A stretch of DNA of 64,000 nt from Pseudogymnoascus verrucosus (Eukaryota). The stretch is from assembly GCA_001662655.1 (NCBI GenBank), contig KV460211.1; one strand, given 5' to 3'. Of this stretch, positions 1 to 10,664 are shown one piece after another. The position numbers and the translations under genes are program-made. Numbering within the stretch: the first letter of the stretch is position 1; the number at the start of each line of letters is the position of its first letter. The notes under the pieces were generated by a model. That model searched no databases. It had not been told where the DNA came from and saw only the letters and a program-made list of their open reading frames with translations.

Positions 1-79
1 GATCGAGGCCCTCAAATCCGGATGGAACATCTCACGGTACGATCAAGACACACGGTATCGTCAAGAAACAGTCATTTGA
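1..79 (+). CDS. Possible 3' end of a gene entering from outside the window (IEALKSGWNISRYDQDTRYRQETVI*)
   Basis: Open frame from base 2 to TGA at 77-79, convergent with and 62 bp from the ribokinase stop; no recognisable motif. Confidence 0.3.
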   Translation, partial: IEALKSGWNISRYDQDTRYRQETVI

Positions 80-140
80 TACAAGGACTTTATTAGTTAT
101 GTATTGCCGTTTAGCCCCTACAGTGGCACTGTCTCCAACA

Positions 141-1166
141 TCACTCGTACGCAAATGGAATACTCTGCATCGCGCCCCTTCTTTGCACACAGATAGCAGC
201 TGCGGCATTCGCCTCCTGAACTGCTTTCTCGATCTCGACATCGAACTTATCAAGAGTAGCTCCTGTTGCGACGAACTTTGAAAACGTTGTAGCAAAGTAG
301 CCCACAAACGTGTCTCCGGCCGCCGTTGTATCTACCACTTTGTCAATGGCGACACCGCGAACGAAGCCCTGCTTGCCATTGCTTGTAGAGAAAAAAACAC
401 CCTTTGCGCCAAGTGTTATCAAGACTATTTTGATTTTGGCAATTGTATGGAAGTACGGGGCAATTTCTTCCGGCTTCAAGTCTGCCTCAGTTTGGACAGA
501 AACCGGGAATTTCGGAATTGATCCAGTCATTTGTACAGCTTCGGTTTCGTTCATGATGAGGACGGATGTGTCCACAAGTGCCGTGAGCGGTACACCTTCT
601 GGAAATACGGGCGCAGGGTTGAAGATAACGTGAGCATCGCTTGCAGGTCCATTGAAATGTTGCAGAAGAGCCAGCACCGTCAATCTCGGAATCTCGCCTT
701 GCATTACCACGACCCCAACGGGTTGGCTTTGACTCTTGGTTATTGCGAGGATCTTGTCAACATCATTCATACCGGAATGATTCGCCCCCGGAACGACTAA
801 AATCCTATTTTCTCCACCTGCCCCATTCTCAACGATGATTGTGGCTGAACCAGTCTGACTCTCCTTCGTCTCCTCGATGCCTCTCGTGCTAACACCTGAG
901 TCCTCTAGCATCGGCCTCAGAAGAGTCAAATAATAGGGGTCGTTAGGGCCGACGGCTCCAATCATGCTCACAATTACATCCTGATGCGCTTTTGAGACGA
1001 ACGAAGCTCGACCGCAGGCAACAGCTTGATTTGCACCTTTCCCTCCTGCAGTAACCAAGAGAGAAGTGGCTGTCAGTGTCTCTCCTGGTTCAGGGCAACG
1101 TGGTGTAAAGGTGACGAAGTCGATGTTAAGGGACCCAACAACGCATATATGAGGAATAGTTGACAT
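141..1166 (-). CDS. RBK1: Ribokinase (PfkB family)
   Basis: ATG at 1166 (MSTIPHICVVGSLNID); motifs GGKGANQAVA, NPAP, NETE, ITLGAKG, DTTAAGDTF; intronless. Confidence 0.9.
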   Translation of the reverse strand: MSTIPHICVVGSLNIDFVTFTPRCPEPGETLTATSLLVTAGGKGANQAVACGRASFVSKAHQDVIVSMIGAVGPNDPYYLTLLRPMLEDSGVSTRGIEETKESQTGSATIIVENGAGGENRILVVPGANHSGMNDVDKILAITKSQSQPVGVVVMQGEIPRLTVLALLQHFNGPASDAHVIFNPAPVFPEGVPLTALVDTSVLIMNETEAVQMTGSIPKFPVSVQTEADLKPEEIAPYFHTIAKIKIVLITLGAKGVFFSTSNGKQGFVRGVAIDKVVDTTAAGDTFVGYFATTFSKFVATGATLDKFDVEIEKAVQEANAAAAICVQRRGAMQSIPFAYE

Positions 1167-1761
1167 GTTGGTTAAGTCAAGTCGACACGATTCGCTCTCA
1201 AATGCGAACCTGGCAATAAACAAAATTGATTAAGATATGTGATGAAAGAAGTGCTTGGATGATTGCTGAACAGCGTTGGCACAGCTTCAGTGCCTGATCC
1301 TGGAAGAACAATGTACAGCCGCGGAATAGGCTTTGCTATTAAAGATTCAATTTAGTTTCTTGAAATCCCAGCTGTAACTCGAATTTTCAAATTTAATGCA
1401 AATTTTTGCAACAATATTTCGGCTAGAACCTGGACTATGTACTCTCAATCTGATTCCATTTATATGATCTGAGTGGTTAGATTTCGTTCAGATAAGCTAC
1501 TAGTCTTGGCAAGTCCCATCGATTTTGGTCGATGCTTCAGCTGAAGACATTCGCTACGTGCTGTGGACCTTGCCTCTACGATGCCAGTTTGCGACCCCTG
1601 ATCTAGGACGGATATGAACTTGGGGACCATGGATCGGCACTTAAAGTGATCTAGCAGGGCTATAGGCTGGCTTTATCAAGGTTGATGCCAATTAGTGACT
1701 TAAGTGTGCTGCCGAATACGGCAACCGTAGCCTACGGGATTTAGCCAGACTTCTCAACTAA

Positions 1762-2052
1762 ATGTCGCCTCCAAACTCGGAAACTGCGCAGTCCCCCAGC
1801 CATATCAGTCCTATGCTTCAGCTTCCCCCTGAAATTATCAAGATAATCGTTAATCAGGTTCCTAATAGCACTATAAAAAATCTGCGCCTCACCTGCCGTT
1901 TTTACTTAGAAATAGTAGCTCTATAGCTTAATCGCGTTTTCATCTCTACGAACTTACGTAATGTAGAAGTATTTACTACTATTACTAACTATAAGGTCTT
2001 TTGTGCTAAAATCACTAAGATTATCTAGGATAACGCGCTCCTATATGTCTAG
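1762..2052 (+). pseudogene. RIP-decayed, 3'-truncated F-box gene fragment
   Basis: ATG 1762 reads ..MLQLPPEIIKIIVNQVPNSTIKNLRLTCRF (F-box-like), then in-frame TAG at 1924, 2026 and 2050 in increasingly TpA-rich sequence. Confidence 0.7.
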
Positions 2053-2310
2053 CCTATTGGGCCACTTGCTATGTTAGGCCACTTGCTATGTAAGTACGTT
2101 ATTAAAAGTTTAGAGAATGTATAGACTTAACAACTATAGGTTTTAGGAAAGGCAGATCTAGCAATGCAAACTCTAGAGCATATAAAGCAATTGAAAGATA
2201 CTATGGGTATCATACCACTCTAAAATAAGATGGGGATAATTAATTAGGTCGAACATTTAAAAATTCAAGCGGGATAATAGGATTAAATATTAGTGGTTAC
2301 TCTAAGCTAT

Positions 2311-3057
2311 CTAGATTTCTATATAGGGTTGTTCGTCTATCTCAAACGCTATACCATCGTCTAAATCAGCGTCTTCAATAAGATAATGAGTTCGAGCTAG
2401 CCCATTCCTAATATCCATTCGACCCCAACCATTATACCAGGGATTGAGTTTTAGGAAACCTTCTTTGCAGTATGGGTGTGCGTCCAAGATGATTTTCAGC
2501 CAAACAGCTGTGACAGTTTCCCCGCGAGTAGGACATGGAATATCCATGAGACTCGTTAATACCTCTTCATCAACTACAATACATATCCTTGTGCTGAGAT
2601 ACCAATATGACTCCATAATAAGCTGTTGCTTCAGCGTCTCATCCTCCTGAAGATGAGCTCTTTCCAAAATCTCGGGATCTTGGTAAATGCTTCCGTCATA
2701 CTCCGCTTCTGGATTTGTTGAATAATCGAGCTCGTTTTCGATGAGCCATTTCTTGAAGTGCTTCTTGACATCCGTAATCGGCAGTCCATCATAGAGCTTC
2801 TTATCATCCATAACCAAGTTCAGAAAGTTCTCATAGATTTTCCCCTTATAATCCTCATGAACCGATTCGTCTTCCGTTATTTCGGACCGAAGCCACTCCC
2901 TTAATCTGTCCATCGCAATCGGCCACTTAGCATCCGACTCTGGTGTGTAGACTGTCCGATAAATGGCAAACCCCCACTTCGATTTCGCTGAATTCCAATA
3001 ACACATAGGTAAGGGTGACGCTTCGTCTTGACTCCCTTGAGAAGTCGAGAGAGACAT
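2311..3057 (-). CDS. Hypothetical protein with WGFAIYRTxY motif (fungal family of unknown function)
   Basis: Intronless ORF, likely ATG at 3057 (MSLSTSQG); KWGFAIYRTVYTPESDAKW and CIVVDEEVL segments resemble a common fungal hypothetical family. Confidence 0.65.
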   Translation of the reverse strand: MSLSTSQGSQDEASPLPMCYWNSAKSKWGFAIYRTVYTPESDAKWPIAMDRLREWLRSEITEDESVHEDYKGKIYENFLNLVMDDKKLYDGLPITDVKKHFKKWLIENELDYSTNPEAEYDGSIYQDPEILERAHLQEDETLKQQLIMESYWYLSTRICIVVDEEVLTSLMDIPCPTRGETVTAVWLKIILDAHPYCKEGFLKLNPWYNGWGRMDIRNGLARTHYLIEDADLDDGIAFEIDEQPYIEI

Positions 3058-3731
3058 GGATGAGATATGGTGTACTTTTGTGTTCCTTGTGATCGATTTA
3101 ACATGTCTCAAGAAAGGGTTATAACAAGTGCTTAAATGGTGGCGTCTGGACAGAAAGTGATTCCATGTGGCGAACACAATAGCTTCCACGTTTTGAACAC
3201 GATGGCATTCTTTGAATATAGACCGATGGAGAAGCGAAGAAATTTGCAGAGGTCGCATTTAGCGGAGAATCAAAATAGATTTTTTGTAGGTAAAGGAACA
3301 ACACCGGAAAAGCAAAGGTTGGAGGAAAAGGACCCATACGGTCTAGATATATTGTTCAGTGTGGTTGATCCTCTTTTTACACAACTGAATAGATTAGCGC
3401 TAGTTGGTACATACCTCACTAGGTACAAGAGAGGCTTGCCACAGTACAGCGCCAAAGGTATGTGTACGGGCCCGTGCGTAACCCTTGTACTAAATGAATC
3501 CTGCTTTACGCGTAGACCTCGTGGAAATGCAGGGCATAATGAGATCAAGATTATCTAGTAGAAGGAATTACTATGCCTGTGAGAAGTTGTTCCTTCCCCA
3601 ATTGGTATATGGCTTCAATCTACCCTATAAAGACTAGAAACTGCAGCTTCGCTCCGAACAAAAAACACCAACTTCAACCCCAGCTCCTCAACATAAACCT
3701 CACTCCCCCATACACCGTAGACTAAACCAAC

Positions 3732-5432
3732 CTAATAAACCCCCTCATTCCCATCACACTCCCCCTCCCCCCTCCCCCTCCTAATAATGGCGCACATCTC
3801 CTCCCCCTTCGGCGCCGTCGTCAAATTCTCACACCCTCCCTCTGTAACCAGCAGATCATCCTCGATCCTCACTCCACCGACCTTATAATACCGTTCTATC
3901 ACCCCGAAGTCAAGAAACTTCGCGTGCTTGGGGTCTGCGCCGAATACTGACACGGCATACCGCGAGATGTATATCCCAGGCTCGACGGTGACCACCATCC
4001 CCGCTTCGAGCTTGCGGCGGTGCGTGTACGGCGGTGGTGGCGGAGGGGGGACGGAAAGAGAGGCGGTGCAGGGGGTGGTGGCTACGAGGAGGGGGTGGGC
4101 GCCATCGACGTCGTGGGTTTCCAGGCCGAGGTGGTGGCCCAGCTACTGCAGTTAGCATCCTATCTCACATCCCACCCTAAGGGACAACTTACTCCATGCG
4201 GGAAGAACAAGCGACCAGTCCCTGCTTCCCGGATCTCCTCGTACGTCCCATTCTTCAAAATCCCCAGGCGCAACAGTCCGCGAATCCCGCTCTCCATCGC
4301 CAGATCATGGAGGTCGCGGAAGATGACACCCGGTTCCAGCGCCTCAATACAGCGCGTCTGCATCTCCGTGACAATCTCGTAGATAGCCGCTGCCTCGGGG
4401 CTGAACGTCCCGCTAATGGGAAAGGTGCGCGTGATATCCGCGGCGTAGCATTCCCACTCACAACTCGCGTCGAGGCATACGAGTTCCCGGCCCGCGAGGT
4501 CCTCGTTATTGGCCTCGTAATGGAGAGTACTTGCGTTCTCGCCCGAACCGACGATAGGGGCGTACGCTTGCTTCTTAGCGTGCTTCGCGATGCAGGTTTG
4601 AAGGAAGACGGCCTCGAGGTGCGTCTCGTTGGTTGCGGAGTGCAGGCTAGCGAGGACGTGGCGGTGGGCGGAGGAGGAGATGGCGTTTGCGCGGCGGAGG
4701 AGGGAGATCTCGTAGGCGGATTTGATGACGCGGGCTTCGTCCATGGCGGGCTGGAGGGCGGTGGCGTCGAGGTTGGTGGTTATGGATGCGAGGCTGGGAG
4801 GGGCGTGGGTGGGGTGCAGGAGGAAGATCTTCTGGTGCGAGTTGCTGGCGGCCCATTTGAAGATGTGGTTGCGCAGCTCGCATGTGTAGCTCACCTGGTC
4901 TACTTCATACTTGTCTAGACACTCCTGGATGCTTGGTGTTGGGCCTAGCCATATGATTTTGGAGGGCTCGGGGGCGGGGATGTAGAGGGTTAGCTTGGTG
5001 GTCTCGATGTCGTAGGTTAGGGAGCAGTCGGGGAAGTCGACGCCGCTGAGGTAGTAGAAGTAGCGGCGTTGCCGGAAGGGGAGCTCGCGGTCGGAGTCCT
5101 CGGCGGAGGCGGATTGGGTCCCGAGGAGGTAGATGAGGCCCTTTTGCACGCCGAGGTGCTTTGCTACCTTGAGAGCATGTTCTTTGGCTGTGTCCTGTTA
5201 GCACCTGATGGGCACGTGAGGGAGGCGCATTCGCATGGAGAGGCTACGCACCAGTGTATTTCACGAACTGCCCAGGGGCGTCTAGGGAGATGTGACTGGT
5301 ATTTCGTTAGTATACGTATTATTTCTGATGGTCACGATGGTGCTGTGGTCTTGATGGGTCTTACATGGAGTCGAGCTCGGCCAAATCAAAGCTATTAGCA
5401 CGCAGCTGAAACGGCAGCGACTTAACGGCCAT
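3732..5432 (-). CDS. Xaa-Pro aminopeptidase / prolidase (M24B), 4 exons
   Basis: Spliced by eye: [88 protein letters not shown]; canonical introns with CTAAC branch points. Confidence 0.9.
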
Positions 5433-6559
5433 AGTGCTCCCTCTGTCAGTGATCTGCTAACAAGTGTTGGCTACAGTACTATGGATATTGTTGAGAGAGA
5501 AACTGTTCGTAGAGTCGTCGATGAACGTCGTCAACCTTCGGAATGCGGTGGTTGTACTCGTACAACTGGGCGGATGCGATAGCAATTCCGGCCGCGCAAC
5601 TAGGGCCGCCACCAGACACTGACCAGACTCTCAGCCTCGTGCAGCACAGTAGATGGGATAGCGAAGCAAGCCAAGAAACATAAGCTAATTCATAATTTGT
5701 CTAACAAGTATACATCTTCTCTTTCCCTTCCTCTCCCTCTCTATGTCTCGGCCATTCTCACCCATCATCGCCGCCGCCCATATCGAAAACACATCAATTG
5801 GCATTAATTAGCACATTAACGGATGTTCCACCGTCGGACCCTGGGGTGGATGCTGCAGCTCGGGTGCACCCGCCGTTGCTAGGTAACGCGCCGGCGCTCA
5901 TCCGGTTTATTATGACGCGTTGTTCCTTCCCCGGCCGAATCACAGCCTGTCCCTCGCTATTTCGAAGTTCGACATCCCAGAGCTTCATTCTGATCCCAGT
6001 CCTTCGGTGCATACTCTATTCTGTGCTATAGAAGGAATACTGTACTCGGCACTTTACAGTGTTTTCGGTTCACCATCGCTCATTGTGGTGACTACCGCTT
6101 CTGCTGTGTCATGGACGGCTCGGCTGTTGTTGTTGTTGTTGTCTCACTGCGGGATGTAAACAAAGCGAACACGCAATGCACCTGCACAATACGCGCGGAT
6201 CCTCTCATCATCCCACTCCCACTCCCATCTTTTCCCCTCACCTTGTGACTCGTGACGATGCATTGCATATAGGCGACCTTTCCGGGTGACCGCTTTCACT
6301 ACTCGACATCTCGAAGACGCCAATGGAACGTGGCAAAATCCAATGCGACTCCGCCAGAATGGTGCATTTCTGCGGACGACGCACAGTGTGGTTGCACTGC
6401 GAGTCATCCATTCGCTGGCACAGTGGAGAAGCCAGTTCACAGTGCCGCCTATGAGACGGGCTGGGGAGGTGTTAATGCTTCGTATTGGGCGGTGAGGGAG
6501 GAGTTGAGGGTCTGTCTTTGTTTTGTTTTGATCGCGACGAGAGACGCAAGCAAGGAGCC

Positions 6560-6586
6560 AGAGAGAGAGAGAGAGAGAGCGAGAGA
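6560..6586. repeat. (GA)n microsatellite
   Basis: agagagagagagagagagagcgagaga. Confidence 0.9.
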
Positions 6587-7375
6587 CTGTAAGAAGGGGG
6601 AGGGAGGAATGGGGACTACTCGAGTATAACAACGCGAAGAATAATCTCATAAACAATAAGGACCTAGAACCAAGAACCAAGAACCCTCAATGTGAATCTG
6701 TTTCGAGGACTTTGAGAATAAGCGCCGAACTATTATAGTAGAAAGACCCTTTTTAATTCTACTTTCCACCTACCTCAATCCCTTATCCAATTGCATAATC
6801 GCCCTGCAGCTCAAACACCACCATCCCTCCCTTTTCCCCCCACGTTCAACCGACGAGACGGGCCGCTCCCATACAAAGTACTCGACTGCGCTATGGTCCA
6901 CACCCCAAATTCCTCGCCTAAACCTCCAATTTCGGTTTGTAAACAGATTGGAGCAAGACTTTTTCTACAACCTCCCCCCTCTCAAACCCTCGAATACCTG
7001 TCCTCTATGACTTCGATAAATCAATTGCTCGAGGCTTAGAACTGCGAGCTGTACAGGGCCATATTTTATTTACATAGATTCTCTTGCCTTGTGCTCCTTT
7101 TGCAGCGTTTATTTGATTCGAGCGGTTAGCCTTTCGACATGGTTTGTTGACAATCGAAATATGGCAACCTAGCAACTGGAACGCTGACGAACCCCCGATC
7201 CAGCAGTTGTAACGATTTTTCACGACGTATATAACGACTTTGAGATACCCCGCGCAGCGCAAAAAAGAAACTTGGTTATTGACGAAGATTCTCCCCACGG
7301 TCTGGTCCTACCCGAAGTCCTCGCTGCTGGACACAGTCCTCTGTTCCTTCTGGAACACACCACGTACGACAGGCG

Positions 7376-9550
7376 ATGAACCCACCGCCTCCTCCCCCCC
7401 ATGGGGAGGCCCCCAAATCATCGGGGCTTCCTCCGGGGAAATACGACATCTTTATCATTCCACCGCACTCCTCAGGCTCGGGCTTCCTGTACCTGCCGTC
7501 GCTAAAACCCAACGTCAACAGCTTCGCCGCGGGCTTTGCTTCAGCTCTCATACTCGTCGCAGTAGTATCGGCGTTGATGCCAACACTTCAATTATGGTGG
7601 TACAGCGTCAAGAACACAGGCGGGAACGGGATGTTCATGGTGTCGATCGGACTGGCTATAGGGGCATGGGCATTGGGTCGCATGCAATCTGATGGAAGGA
7701 CTGGGGGAAATGGAGGAAACAACGGCGGTGGTGGTGGAGGTGGTGGAGGGGGGGGCGGTGGCGGCGGCGGCGGCGGCGATGCACCCCCTGGAGGTCCTCC
7801 ACCCCACCAAGGTCACCAGAATAGTCACCAGAATGGCTACGCACAAGGAGGACCTCCTCCGCAACCTAGCGGCCATGCGCCACCGCCAAATCCTGGGCCT
7901 CAGCCGGGCTACAACCCAGGACCACAACATAACCAACCACCACCGAAGTCAAGCTGGCAGCGATCGAATGCGCCACCCGGCGGTACGAATGCGAATACTG
8001 GTGGCTATGCGAACACAGGACCGAACACAGGGGGCTATACAAACACAGGACCGAATACAGGGGGCTATCCAAAAACTGGACCGAGTACAGGAGGATATCA
8101 AAATCCAAACTCAGGGGCGAACACAAATTCTAATGCGAATTCAAATGCAAACGCAAATGCAAATGCAAATGCAAAATCCGGGTGGGAAAAGGCGCGCGAG
8201 GAAACTCGCAAGCGAGAAGAGGAGCGCAAGGTCGCCGAGGCCCTGCGCCAGAAGAAAGAGGAGGATGAGAAGCGGTTGAAGGAGGCGCGGGAGAAGGAGG
8301 CCCGAGAGAGGGAAGCAAGGGAACGTATCGCGAGGGAGGCTCGGGCACAGCGGGAAGCTAGGGAGAAGAGGGAGAAGGACGAGAAAGCAAAGAAGGCAGA
8401 GGCTGAGATGGTTGCTCAGAGAGCTGCCGAGAGGGTTGTTGCTGAGCGATTAGCTGCTGAGCGGGTTGCTGCTGAGAAGGCTGCTGCTGAGAAGGCTGCT
8501 GCTGAGAAGGCTGCTGCTGAGAAATTGGCTGCTGAGAAGGCAAAGCCGAGGGGGAGCACATATGCATACTCTGCTGTAGGTGAGAAAACCAACCCCTGGC
8601 CAAGAGGACAACCTCCTTCCCCAGCGTCTGCATCTCCACGACCAACCCCACCACAAGCATCTCCGACCAAGCGTCCACCGGTCGCAACAGCGCGCACATA
8701 TCTAGGCACCGAGAACGACTACTCCTACCGCCCCTACGACAAGCCCGCACACAAAAAAGCCACATCCTCCGTCTACTCGGCCTCCTCCTACGCCGCCTCC
8801 CAGTCCACCGCGCGCACAACACCCCCGCCCTCAATGCGTGGCGCATACTCCACCAAAGACCCCGATAAAATCGTCCTTAAGGCCGTCTACGCCTTCAACA
8901 ACGCCTTCATGAAAACCCCCACCTCCATGCTCGTCTCGGGCACCGGCTCCGTAACCGACGGTCTAATCCTGCGCATCACCACCGAGGGTCTCTTCATTGA
9001 TGATGACGTCCGCGGCGTCCCCCAGCGTGAGTGGGACGTCAAGGCCTGGACTATGAAACTCGTAGAGGTATGGTGTCCCGCGTTCAGTTCCCCCGCGCCG
9101 GCCGCCACTGCCGCCTCCTCCAACCCAGCGCGCAAGCTCTGGGGTAATTCGTCTAGCAAGCCCAAGGACAATGCGGTTACGAACGAGGCGGCCGATGCGC
9201 TGCTCCTCGAACTGCTGGCGTCGTGCAAGGCACAGTGCCGTCTGGGGCTGCTGGGTGATGGGGGCGGTGGGTCGTCGCCGAAAAAGTCGTCGCCGCTTGC
9301 GGAGAGAGAGTCTAATGCTTCTTCGTCGCAGACTGGACAGTTTAAGGGGGGGAGGTTGCATGTGTTGAGGGCGAGTATTAGGGATCAGGAGGGGAGGAAG
9401 TATGTTTTTGTTATTGGGGAGGAGGAGAGCTGGAAGGTGGCGGTGGGGTTGCAGAGGTTGAGGAAGGGGACGCAGGTTAGGCAGCTCGGGGTGAGTGGGA
9501 TGAGTGCGGGGGATGCGAAGGTGACGCTGGATAATTTGGGATGGGGGTGA
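7376..9550 (+). CDS. Uncharacterised protein: N-terminal hydrophobic/TM segments, Gly/Pro/Asn low-complexity region, charged coiled coil, globular C-terminal domain
   Basis: 724-aa intronless ORF; complex blocks YDIFIIPPHS and LRITTEGLFIDDDVRG..REWDVKAWTMK flank the low-complexity regions. Confidence 0.8.
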   Translation: MNPPPPPPHGEAPKSSGLPPGKYDIFIIPPHSSGSGFLYLPSLKPNVNSFAAGFASALILVAVVSALMPTLQLWWYSVKNTGGNGMFMVSIGLAIGAWALGRMQSDGRTGGNGGNNGGGGGGGGGGGGGGGGGGDAPPGGPPPHQGHQNSHQNGYAQGGPPPQPSGHAPPPNPGPQPGYNPGPQHNQPPPKSSWQRSNAPPGGTNANTGGYANTGPNTGGYTNTGPNTGGYPKTGPSTGGYQNPNSGANTNSNANSNANANANANAKSGWEKAREETRKREEERKVAEALRQKKEEDEKRLKEAREKEAREREARERIAREARAQREAREKREKDEKAKKAEAEMVAQRAAERVVAERLAAERVAAEKAAAEKAAAEKAAAEKLAAEKAKPRGSTYAYSAVGEKTNPWPRGQPPSPASASPRPTPPQASPTKRPPVATARTYLGTENDYSYRPYDKPAHKKATSSVYSASSYAASQSTARTTPPPSMRGAYSTKDPDKIVLKAVYAFNNAFMKTPTSMLVSGTGSVTDGLILRITTEGLFIDDDVRGVPQREWDVKAWTMKLVEVWCPAFSSPAPAATAASSNPARKLWGNSSSKPKDNAVTNEAADALLLELLASCKAQCRLGLLGDGGGGSSPKKSSPLAERESNASSSQTGQFKGGRLHVLRASIRDQEGRKYVFVIGEEESWKVAVGLQRLRKGTQVRQLGVSGMSAGDAKVTLDNLGWG
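7994..8100 (+). repeat. In-frame 30-bp tandem repeat, NTGGYxNTGP-type x4
   Basis: Protein reads NTGGYANTGP NTGGYTNTGP NTGGYPKTGP STGGY. Confidence 0.8.
8440..8542 (+). repeat. In-frame 15-bp tandem repeat (AEKAA/AERxA)
   Basis: gctgagaaggctgct repeated; protein AERLAAERVAAEKAAAEKAAAEKAAAEKLAAEK. Confidence 0.85.
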
Positions 9551-10664
9551 GGAGGCGAGGAGGATAGGGGGGGTGTGGGGAGTTTTGTAGATAGGTGGAC
9601 GACTTGTGGAAGTACAGTACGCAGAGCGGTTACGCTATCTTTGGCATATTGATACATCAGCGTGGTGGGGTTGGGTTCATAGCGAGGGAGTTTTGGGGGT
9701 CAAAGTTTGATGTTTCAGTGCTGGTAAAGCTTGTTGGTTGGTGTATACGGAGGGTTGCCATAAGTAAATGTGAGAAAAATACAGATTGGACAAAGATTGC
9801 AATGGTGGAATCTTGACATAGGAGCATGATTTGAGACCTGTAAATCTATAAGAATAACGGTGTTCTTTGTGTCAAGGTATCATATGGGCACATCAGAGTC
9901 TGGGGCTAAAAGATTGAATGGATCCGGGAAGGAGTTATGAGAGGGACGGGGCGTTAGCAGGAAGGAGCTATGGATGCATGCATTGGTGCTTGGTGGTGGC
10001 AGGAGCATTCCTTAGGTCGCTCCTGCCACTTTTTTCTTTGCTGGTCGCTCCTGCCGATTTAGCAATACATACTATCCAGCAACGAGACAGATCTGAGAAA
10101 GAGCTATTGGTGGAATATCACCTTGTTGTGGTAGGTCGACGGCCTGTTCTTATAAGGTGGTGTTCAAATATAGAATATCTTTCTGCAAAAAAATCTACCG
10201 TGGTTCTATCTCTAGATAATAGCCCGAGGATAAACGGGCCTCGTGACACTTAGGGTAATTTATTAAGGTGGTTGGGCCAATTAATGGAAACAAAGGTTGC
10301 TCTTTCCTCAAAAGATAAATTCACTTTATATTCCAAAAGTGAAAACAAATCGAATTAAAACCACCAAATTCTTCCAACATCAACAAAAATAGAAACTTCT
10401 TCTTTCTTACCCAAAACCTTTGCTCCTTCCAAAAGAGAATTCCTGTTTTTATTCCAACACTTCCATCCACCCATCTCGTCTTTCAATACTCATATTCTTC
10501 AACACCACACTCCATCCAGCATCATCTCGAACAACCCTTGCACATACAAAAATCCAAGTCACGTGCTAGCGCGTCGCCCACGTCGCGTAAACTCGACCAC
10601 CAAACCGCGTACGATGGACATCTACCATTGGCGCCGCCAGATCCCACGCAACCACTTCTACGAC

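Noticed and set aside
4196..4918. Long antisense/shadow ORFs (also 22382-23212, 27662-28423, 29710-30654, 45423-46133)
   Set aside because: They lie opposite well-supported genes; expected from GC-rich codon usage
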